A DNA stretch of 64,000 nt from the human T2T-CHM13v2.0 reference genome, Homo sapiens: assembly GCF_009914755.1 (NCBI RefSeq), contig NC_060929.1. One strand, given 5' to 3'. Both the position numbers and the translations under genes were made by a program. Below are positions 53,963 through 64,000 of the stretch, one piece after another; positions within the stretch are counted from its first letter, which is position 1; every line of letters starts with the position of its first letter. The notes below the pieces were generated by a model. That model worked only from the letters and a program-made list of their open reading frames with translations. It was not told the origin of the DNA and made no database searches.

Positions 53963-56900
53963 ATAGTATATTACTTTTTTGATGTGCTGTTGGATTTGGT
54001 TTGCTAGTATTTTGTTAAGAAGTTTTATTTCTATGTTCATCAGGGATATGACCTGTAGTTTACTTTTTTGTTGTGTCCTTATCTGGTTTTGGTATCAGGG
54101 TAATGTTGGCCTCATAGAATGAGTTAGGAAGAATTTCCTCTTTTTTAATTTTTTGGAATAGTTAGAGGATAATTGGTGTTATTTCTTCTTTGAAAATTTG
54201 GTAGAATTAATCAATAAAGGCATCCAATCCTAAACTATTCTTTGTTGGGAGACATTTTATTACTGATTGAATCTCATTATTCATTACTGGTCTGTTCAGG
54301 TTTTCTATTTCTTTCAGATTCAATCTTGGTAGGCAGTGTGTGTCAAGGAATGTATCCATTTCCTCTAGGTATTCTAGTTTGTCAATATATAGTTGTTCAT
54401 AATATTCTCTGATGATCTTTTGTATTTATGTGGTATGAGTTGTAATGTCTCCTTTCTATTTCAGATTTTGTATATTGGGGTCTTCTCTTTTCTTCTAGGT
54501 TACTGTAGCAAGTGATATATCAATTTTGTTTATTTGTTTTTAATAAAATGACTTTTTATTTCATTTATTCTTTGTATTTTTTAGTCTCTATTTTGTTCAG
54601 TTCTGCTCTTATCTTTATTATTTCTTTTCTTCTACTAATTCTCGGTTTGGTTTTATCTTCCATTTTTGGTTAGTTGAGGTTTACCATTAGATTATTTGAA
54701 ATCTTTCTACTTTTTTGAGGTACTCATCTATTGCTGTAAACTTCCCTGTTAGCACTGCTTTTGCTATATCCTGTAGGTTTTAGTATGTTGTATTTTGACT
54801 TTCATTTGTTTCAACAGTTTTTTTTTAAATTTTCTCTTTAATTTCTTCCTTGACCCAGTGGTCATTCAGGGGCATGCTGTTTAATTTTAATGTATTTGTA
54901 CAGTTTCCAAAGTTCCTCTTGTCACTGATTTCCACTGTGGTCTGAAAAGATACTTGATATGATTTTGGTTTTAAAAAAAGTTTTTTGAGACTTGTTTTGT
55001 GCCCTAACGTATGATTTATTATCTAGAATGTTCTGTGTGCTGATGAGGAGAATGTTCTTTAAATTTCTCTTGGCTCCATTTGGTCTAATATGCAGTTTAA
55101 GTTTGATGTTTCTTTGCTAGTTTTCTGTCTAGATGATGTGTTTAATGCTTAGAGTGGGATTTGTCGCCCAAGTATTATTGTATTGAAGTCTGTCTATCCC
55201 TTTAGATCTAATAATTTTTGCTTCAAATATCTGTGTGCCCCAGTGTTGAGTGGATATATATTTAGAATTGCTATATCCTCTTACTGAATTTATCCCTTTA
55301 TCATACAATGACCTTCTTTGTCTATTTTTACTGTTTTTGACTTAAAGTCTGTTTTATCTGATATAAGTATAGCTATTCCTACTTACTTTTGGTTTCTATT
55401 TGCATTGAATATCTTATTCCATTCCCTTATTTTCAGTCTATCTGTGTCCTTATAGGTGAGAAGAGTTTTTAGCAGGCAGAAAATAGGTGGATCATTTTTT
55501 TTTATATTTCAGCCAATCTCTATCTTTTAAGTGTAAAGCTAATCTGCTTACATTCAAGGTTATTTTTGATATGTGAGGGCTTATTCCTGTTATTTAAAAA
55601 GTTGATTTCTGGTTGTTTTGTATGTCCTTTGTTCCTTTCTTTCTCTCTTATTGTTTATCATTGTGGTTTGATGGTGTTCTGTAGTGTTTACATTTAAGTT
55701 TTTTCTTTTCTTTGTTTGTATGTTGTATTTGCTCTACCAGTGGTTTTTATGTTTTCATGATGGTAGTTATTGTTCTTTCTCCTCTGGGTGTAGGACTCTT
55801 TCAAGCATTTCTTGTAGAGCTGGTCCAGTGGTGATGAATTTCCTCAGCATTTGCTTGTCTGGGAAAGACTTAATCTCTCCTTCATTTATGAAGGAAAATT
55901 TTTCTGGGTATAGTATACTTGAGTTGTAGTTTCTTTCTTTTAGCACTTTGAATATATTATATCATTCTCTCCTGGCCTGTAAGGTTTCTTCTGAGAAATC
56001 TTCTGTTAGTCTGATAGGGGTTCATTGATAGATGACTAGATGCCTTTCTCTTTTTTTTTTTTAGAATTTCTCTGTCTTTGATTTTCAACAGTTTCACTAA
56101 AATATGCCATGGTAAAAACCTTTTTGAATTTTGTTTATTTTAGGGAAATCTGAACTTCCTGTATCTGGATGACTAAATCTCTGGCTAGACTTGAGATATT
56201 TTCATCTTTTGCTTTATTTAACAAATTTTATAACTCTTTTGTTTTCTTTTCACCTTCTGGGACACCAAAACTATGAATATTTGGTCACTTTATGATGTTT
56301 TATGTGTCACAAACACTTTGTTCCTCATTCTTTTAAAATTCTTTTTCTTTTAAAATTTTTGTTTGACTGGATTATTTTAAAACACCTGTCTTCATGTTCT
56401 GAGTTTCTTTCTTCTGTTTGATCTAATCTGTTATCAAAGCTTTCAAATGTATTTTGTATTTCATTTAGTGAATCCTTCAGTTCCAGAATTTCTATTTGGT
56501 TCTTTTTTTGTGATATCTAGCTTTTTGGTAAATTTCTCTTTCATACCTTATTTTTCTGAATTATCTTGTATCTCACTGAACTTCTTTAGTAACATTATTT
56601 TGAATTCTTTAGCTGGGATTTCATAAATTTCTTTTTGATTGGAATCTGTTGGTGGAGAGTTGTGGTGGTTCTTTTGGCAGTATTGTGTTTCCTTTCTTTT
56701 TCATGTTTCTTGTGCCCTTATGTTGATATCTGCAGATATGGTGACATGGTGTCACAGTCACTTCTTCCAATGTTTTGAATTTGCTTTCATAGGGGACAAC
56801 TGTTTCCTGAAGATGCATCTATGCTGTTCATTGGGTAGCGTACTTTGGCTTTGATTCTGGGTGTGTTCAATACTGTAGTCTGTATGTGATTTATTAGCTG

Positions 56901-58269
56901 TAAACAGTGTCAGTGGTGTCTATGATTTTCTTGGTGGCTTGGGGTATGGTTGTTAGGGGAGGCTATGGTGAAGATTTTTTGAGGGACTGGGATGCCAAGT
57001 GGGCCATACTTTGGGGACCTGAGGTGGTATCATTTGGCTGAGTATGCCTGTCCTTGGGTCCCACAATGATGTTCACTGGATTTGATGTTAGTCCAGGCAG
57101 GCCCATTCTTGGGCCTCCAGGTGGCTTGCTTGGGTGCCAGAAATGGCAACAGAAGTAGGTTGGGCAGGTAGGTGGGCTCTTGTGCCCCTGGGCAGCAGGA
57201 GTGGCATGAGCGATGGCAATAGCAGTGGTCAGACAACCTTCTGGGACCCCAGCAGTCCATGTTTATATTGGCATAGTTCTGACAGCTTGGACAGGTAGGT
57301 CCCCAGAGCCACAGGTGATGCATGTGGGTGGCTGCCCACTATGTTGGTGGCAGTAGGTTGATTGGACCTGACTTCAGACCCCAGGAGAAGTCCTCAGATG
57401 TCACTGGTGGTGGGCTAGGCTGGGCAATCCCCAGACCCCTGGATGGTATGCTTGGGTGTCATGGGGATGGAGCTGAGCTGGGCAGACCTTCCTTCGGGCC
57501 ACCCAGTGGTATATATGGGTGCTGACTTCAGTAGTCAGGGGCAGGGTGATCCCCAGGCTATAAGCATGCACAGGTAGGGCAGCAGTGTCCGTGTTTAGTC
57601 CTAGTCCTGCTACTGGGGAGAGCAGGGTTGCTTTTTCTGGAAGCACCCAAGATTGGAAGCTTTCATAGGGGGTTGCAATCTTTACTCATACTTCAGCCCC
57701 GCAGCAGACTGCAGGTGGTAATTGCAGGCAGGGGAATTTGTCCTTGGGACATGAGAAAATGCATGGCCACTCCTCTGCTTGGGGAGTGGGGTTGTTGCTC
57801 CTGACTCTCACCTCAGCCCAGTGGCAGGACAGGACACAGTCTAGTGGGAGCTAGGCTCTTAAAATGGCATTGTGCTGCAGCTGCTTCGAACTCCAAGGTG
57901 TGTGAAAATCAGTGTGAGCTCCCTCTCTAGAGCAATGCAGTCTCCAGGGTGCTCCAAATGTCATACTTGGGGCTGCGAGAGTTGAGGGGCTCTCCCATGG
58001 CTAGGATTGTAGATGTGTAGTGGGAATCTGGACTGCTGGAGATCTCTCTCTTACCCCTTCCCCGCGTTAGGGAGCCTCTCCAGACTCATGGCAAATCCCA
58101 GCTAAGCAGGCTACCTCCCTTCCTTCTCCTTCCAGATGATCTATTCAAAGTTTGATTATCTACATGCTATTTTGGTTCCTCTTTGTGTAAGATGCATCTA
58201 GTCAGCCATCTTGAAGCCCCTTCTAGGACTGAGTATTTTGAATGTATGTGACAAACAGGGCTGCATGCT

Positions 58270-58460
58270 GCCAAGAGGAAAAGTGCTATAGTTAACTGGA
58301 TCCAAGTGCCAGCTTTACTACTTACTGGATGTGTAATCTTGGTTAAATTGCTAAATATCTCTGGGCCTCAACTTTCCCATCTACAAGGTTTCTGTGAGTT
58401 AATATGTGTGAAGGGCCTAGAGCAGTACCTGCTACATGGAAATGGCTCAGTAGATAGTAG
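58270..58460 (+). mobile_element. MIR SINE
   Basis: ccagctttactacttactggatgtgtaatcttgg...ctctgggcctcaactttcccatct. Confidence 0.7.
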
Positions 58461-58866
58461 CTGTCATTTTGATACTAATTTTTCTAAATTATGTTTTCAG
58501 TTTATGGGAATATCAAACAAAATTCTAAAAGGATTTTTGGGAGAAATGTTACAAAGGTTATCTAGTAATTAACAAATTGGTAAGAATGGTCAAGAAAATT
58601 TTGAAAAATAAGAGTTGTAGGAGTATTTCTATGTCCAGATATGTGTATTCCAAGGCCTTAATAATAATAAAATAATAGTTCTGGCACAAAAATTGAAAGA
58701 CAAATCAATGGAATAGAATAAAGCTTAAGAACAGACTCAAGTGGGATATAGGAATGTAGTTTATTATTCAGCATTTTACAGCAATTGGTAAGGAAGGGTT
58801 ATTTGATAAATATACTAAGGCAATTCATCCACTACTAAAAAAAAAAATTAGGTTCTTTCACTATAT

Positions 58867-58994
58867 CGGTGTTTTTCAAAGGTGTTTACAGGCATCAGAA
58901 TTCCTGGGAGCACTTATTAAAATTTAGGTTCCCAAGCTCCACCCCAGAGTACAGAGTAGAGAATCTAGTTCTCATTAAAGTGTGAGAACTGCTG
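58867..58994. mobile_element. MER5-type hAT-Charlie element
   Basis: gtttttcaaa...gcatcagaat...ccaccccaga...aaagtgtgagaactgctg. Confidence 0.65.
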
Positions 58995-61469
58995 TCATAT
59001 ACCATATATTAAAATACATTCCAGGTGAATTAAGGAATAAATGTCAAAATTACCACCTTAAAGCCAGAAGACAATATAAAGGAATATTTACATTATCTTT
59101 CATGTTTATATAAGATCTTGTATAGTTCAATAAGAAAAATATAAAAGCATGATAGAAAAAAGGGCAAAGGACATAAATAACCAAACCATAAAAGAAGAAC
59201 GGAGAAGGCCAAGAAGCATATGGAAAAATGCCAGACTTCACTGACAGTCAAAAAATGCACAATAAAACAATATATCATTTTTCATATTTCCAGAGGAAAA
59301 GTACTTGAAGAATTAGAAGATCCAGTGATACTGAGGACAGAGTGAAGTGGGCACTTTGATATTCAGGGGATGGGTGGGTACTTTGAACAAACTTTCTGAA
59401 ATGCTTATATCAAGAGCCTGAAAAATATTTATACTTATGGACCAGTCCATTCATCTTCTCTAAATTTATCCTGAAGAAGAATCAGAGATTCACATATAGA
59501 CTTATATACCTGTGCAGATATTTGTTGTAGCATTATTTTAATAGAAAAAATTGGAAACAGCTGAAATGTCCAACAATATGGTAATAGTTAACTAAATCAT
59601 GGCCCATCCATATGATGAATACTCTGTGGTCATTAGAAATCATGTTTTTGAAGAATCCTGTCATTAAATGACATGAGAAAATGCTCATAATGTATTAAGT
59701 GAAAACACCAGGATATAAGCTATATATAGCATGATTCATTTTTTTAATTAAAAATAATCAGAGACATAGAGAAAAGATGGAAAGAAGAAAAAATGTATAT
59801 CATATGTTAATGGTGTTTACATCAGGATGATTAGATTTGAGCAATTTTATGTTCTTTACACATTTTTTATTTTCCAATTTTGTGCGATGTACATGTATTA
59901 CATTTGTAATGATAACATGTTAATTAAAAGATAATAAAACAGATGAGACTGGCCAAGAGATTCTGAAATAAATGTTACTTTAAAATGGTAATAATAAAAA
60001 GACTGTGTTTCTGGATTTAATAGATCAGTGAAGCTGAATGGCTACGTTAGAATCTGATTATGTGAGGAGCAGGGGCCATGAGGATGGATGGGCAGGATGA
60101 GGGCTGAATATGCGGGGGCTTGGAGGGCACCAGAGCTTCTCAGAGCAGCTGAAACCCCTTCTGAGTCAACCTGCACTGCAGACTCCCCTCCACTGGGCGC
60201 AAATGAAATCTGTATGCTAAGGCACCTCTCCATCCTGTTAGCTACCTATAAACATGCTGCTCCAGCAAAGGGGGATGGTGCATGGACATCCCTTCTTGGT
60301 TTGTTGCTTTGAAAGGAAGAATTTTAGTATAAAGACTCTAGTATGAGACTTTTAGCATAAAGAGTTTGCTCTTGGGAAGCCCTGAGGTTGCTGATACAAT
60401 TCCCTGGCTAAGCTTTGTCTCCTCTTAACTCCCCATTTTAGTGCCTTACCTAGCTCCAGGATCCTGGTTGCTCACTGGCCAAGACAGCTGGTGGGGAATT
60501 CTGAAGACAGGTGTTTCCCCATCGGCATGGTGCTCAAGGCTCTTGGCCATTCCAAATGGATGATAGCATCTGCCTGAGGATACCAACATGTCTGGGGAAG
60601 GTTGGTCTCAGTCAGGTTTGGGAAAGCAGTGGAAGGCTCAGGGGTGTTGGAGCCATATAAATTGGGTATGGACTCCTCTTGTTGTTCAAACATGAAGGCT
60701 CCACCTGACCTCAGGCTTGTCCCTTCACTTCAGTAGTCTGAGCCTCAGGCTGCCCTTCTATAAACACGTTCCCCATTGGTAATAGTACCTTAAAGGGCCA
60801 TGTGAGGCTTAAATAAGCAAATGTATGCAAGTGTTTATCCCAGCCTTACACAGAGGAGACACCCAGGAAATCATGTTTATCATGATTGTGGCCTTTCTGT
60901 TCTCCCTAACCTTGCAGAAATTTAGCTATCACTCAACAGTGTGTGGTGCCAGGTGCTGTACAAAATATGCCTGACCTGTGCAGCAAGACTTCTGAGAACA
61001 CAGGTTGTCATCATTATTACTGCTGCTGCTGTTGCTATGGCCTCTGTCCCCCCGGGTACCTCATGAGGAATGGCAAGGCTCTCCAGCCTCACCTTCACAG
61101 AGCTTACAGCTCTTGGATCTCTGTAAGAAAGGGCTCCCTGTGCTGCTTCTCTTGTCAGTAGGAGAGGCTCTGGGGATGGAAATCACGGGTGGGAGCGGGG
61201 GGTTGGTGTGGTTGTTCCATGAAATGAGCACAAAGCCTGGTTTGCCTTTCTGTCTTCAGCCTTCTAGTGTTTGCAGCTTCTGATCACCGTTACCTCCTTA
61301 GCTGGGTGCTTGAGAGTTGTTGGGCAGGGTGGATGAGGCATCCTGAGAACCTGGGAACCATAGCGCAGTGATGGGGTGGGGCACAGTGTTGACATTTCCG
61401 TCCCAGAGCATCTAGAGGCAGGCGAGCAAACCGGGGCTACCCACAAGTGGGACATGCAGGACCTAATGG

Positions 61470-61705
61470 AGAGGCAAAAATATTTTAGGTTCTATACAAA
61501 CTTAGAAATGTCAATTGTTTTGTGTTTGGGTTAGTGGATGTTAAGAAAAATAAAATGCATTGAATGAGTAAAACTAAGTAAAAGAGAGTCATTTTCATGT
61601 TAATATGGAAAATAAATATAAAATAAATAATAGTGTAGATGGTAAATAGATGATGGCAGAAAAATTGCAACAATGGTGTGAGAATGACTGTTTGGCAAAT
61701 GCTGT
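61470..61705 (+). mobile_element. hAT-Charlie element (MER103-like)
   Basis: Ends ggtgtgagaatgactgtttggcaaatgctg. Confidence 0.5.
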
Positions 61706-63686
61706 TCCAAGGGAACTGGGATTCTATGCCTGCCTCTTGTAAAATGAATATGCCTTCCTGATTTGTCTGTTTTTATGGGTCTTCTTAAATGAGTACTGGC
61801 AAGGTGGGGAACCCCTTAAATTAGTCCAAACCCAGAGGAACTTTATCAAAAGTTGGTGCTTGTTTGAAGCGCGTTTGAGTCTGTAGATACATAGAAAAGA
61901 CAGTGATTGTTTTTGGCTGGTGTGGCTGGCTTGGCATTTTCTTGGCTGGATCAGACGATGGAGAAGTTTGCTTTTATGTCTATGGCCAACAGATCCGATT
62001 TGTGGAACACTGTCGATCCCAATCTGGTGACAAAGCATTGCTAATACAATGAAGTGATGTGGTTTCCTTCTCTGTATGTGAACTGAGTTGTGGAATATCA
62101 CTGTGCCAGGCCCAGGGCTGGCAACATATTCTGATCCCTGTCCTTGTGGGGCTCTCTGTCACAGGGGAGAAGGATGAGCCATGTGCTCAGAGGTCCTCAC
62201 TGTCTTTTTTTCAAGACAAGGGCCATAGCAGCCATGGCAATCAGAAGAAGGAGCGGTTTCCCTGATTTGGGGAAGGGTGCAGCCCTGATAGGTGAGGGTG
62301 AGATGAGGAAAGGCCTCCCAGAAGAAGTGACGGTTAACCTGGTCCCTGAAGGGAAGGGTTTTCTGGGTGGGGAAGAGTCCTGCAGGAGGACAAAAGGCAT
62401 GGGCACAGGCACAGAGGCTGCACAGCACCAGAGAGCCTCCACTGTGTGCTGTGAAGATGGAGGGGCCCTGAGAACAGATGAGGGGCATGAAGTGGAGGAG
62501 TGGGGACAGAAGAGATGTGGCTAGCAAGATGGGCAGTCCCTCCTTGGGACTGGAGGAAGTCACAGTTCCTCACTGAGAGGTGAACTTGTTTCTAGAGCTC
62601 TTGGTCAGGGTCCTTCTCATCCACACCTAGATGGCTGCACTCCCACAGACTCTGTGGGACATGATGTGGCCCTCTGGGTAGAAGAGGAGGACTGCCAGAG
62701 CCCAACATGGATTGCCTACCTCTGCAGTCTCACTCGGGAGTTAGCTCTGGGGCTTAAGGTTTAGTTTCCTATTTGGTATGCATCTGCTCCCAAGATTCCT
62801 TGTGGCAGGCTTGATGGTGTCTGGGATTTTTGGGTGTTTTTAAGGCCTTCTGAGGTGCCCCCAGGTAGAACAGGGGGAAGAAGGTCATTGATAGGAGAAG
62901 CAAGAATGCAGGAGACAAACCACCCTAGACTCTCTCCTATAGTGCTGGCTATGACAACAACCAGGAAGGAGACCCTCAGAGTCCCACTGGGTCAACCTTC
63001 ACATCCTGGTAAGGGGCAGGAGTGGACACATTCTGGGAATGCAGCCAGTTCAGTAAATCTCTCCTGTAGGTATCTCCAGACCCCAAGAATGACTTCCTCT
63101 AGATGAGCTAAGTGGCCACCACTGCCCCATCTCCTGTGTTTGGGCACCCCCTGTGCTCTCCAAAAGTCAACAGCAGGCCCTAAAACCCAGGCTGAACCTG
63201 ATGAAATAAACCTCAGGACAATGGGGTAGGACAGGGGTCAGGGTAGGCCAACTCAGCATGGCGAGGCTGGGACGCCAAGGGCCTGAGTCTGCATGGTCAG
63301 TCCTGCCTGCCTTCACTCCCCTTTTCCATTCTCTGATGAATGTTTGGACAAGGTGGGTGGCAATGAGCTTATTTAAAGTGACAAATTCCTGAGGCAGATG
63401 CTCAAGTATAAACAATGTTTTTCCACACCCAGCTGTTTTTCTGCAAAGTGGGATTTCTTCCATTTTGTCCTATAAACATCCATGGGTGCGTGACCTCTGC
63501 TTAAATGTCAGAGTCAGTTGTTTTCAGCATTACTGGCTCCCAGGTTTTAATGTGTGTTTCTGGTGAACAGAGGCTTTTTAATATTAGAACATTGAGCCCT
63601 CAAGCCAAAGCCTTGGCTTATCCAGGGGAAAAGAAGAATCCATTTTAAGGAGAACTTTGGGGAAACATCCAGAGAATTCCAGCATA

Positions 63687-63741
63687 TATGTGTGTGCATA
63701 AGTGTGTGTCTGTGTGTGTGTGTGCTTGCATACATGTGTGT
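63687..63741. repeat. Imperfect (TG)n tract
   Basis: Direct read. Confidence 0.7.
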
Positions 63742-64000
63742 TTCTGCAAAGCAGGCTTCCTAATTCCTCTTTAATGTGGACAAACCACTTCGGTGCTTCT
63801 CTTCAGAATGAATTAGAGGGTAATGCCCCAATCTATGCATCCTAGCAAGTTCTGAAAGTTCAGGTCGACTATATCATCCTGAGAGAGCTGGCTTTATGGG
63901 CCCATTGGAATGTAGGGGGTGGGGTGTGAGAGCTGGGAGTTCCAAATTCCCCTGGACATATTGCCAAGTTTGGGTGATTTTTGCCTGCACTGCCCTCAGT

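Larger units (their letters stand above)
49394..58223 (-). mobile_element. Near full-length decayed L1 (L1MA-type) interrupted by a MaLR element
   Basis: 3' end tacatatttatggggtacatgtg...gtataatgatcaaatc; T-rich antisense ORF2/ORF1; GC-richer 5' UTR ending ctagtcagccatcttg; candidate TSD aagactgcatatttt/aggactgagtatttt. Confidence 0.9.

Noticed and set aside
49394-58223. Active L1 or intact ORF1/ORF2
   Set aside because: No long ORF on minus, heavily diverged, and interrupted by a MaLR.

Overview
Primate (human-type) genomic DNA: CpG-depleted, with Alu, L1, MIR, L2, MaLR and MER repeats. It contains one protein-coding gene, the chemokine CXCL14 (BRAK), on the minus strand. Four coding exons (15858-15921, or from 15957; 15577-15682; 11715-11828; 8996-9011) splice via GT-AG introns into a 300-nt ORF (99 aa; 111 aa from the upstream in-frame ATG). 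The gene has a CpG-island promoter (TATA-like, AP-1 and GC boxes at about 16140-16290) and a 3' UTR of about 1.2 kb with an internal A44 tract and two AATAAA signals. The remaining ~48 kb upstream is non-coding and repeat-rich, with a nested transposon stack at about 48-60 kb. Almost all other ORFs in the track are spurious. I see no evidence of a prokaryotic-type or wholly new gene system. The most notable structures are: (1) a ~280-bp local duplication (3264-3542 / 7256-7539) that copied a CTCF-like motif just past the CXCL14 3' end; (2) a candidate divergent plus-strand spliced transcript from the CXCL14 CpG island; (3) an upstream ORF whose stop overlaps the main ATG (AUGA); (4) several rearranged transposons. 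Repeat family names come from recalled consensus sequences, and boundaries of old repeats are approximate.
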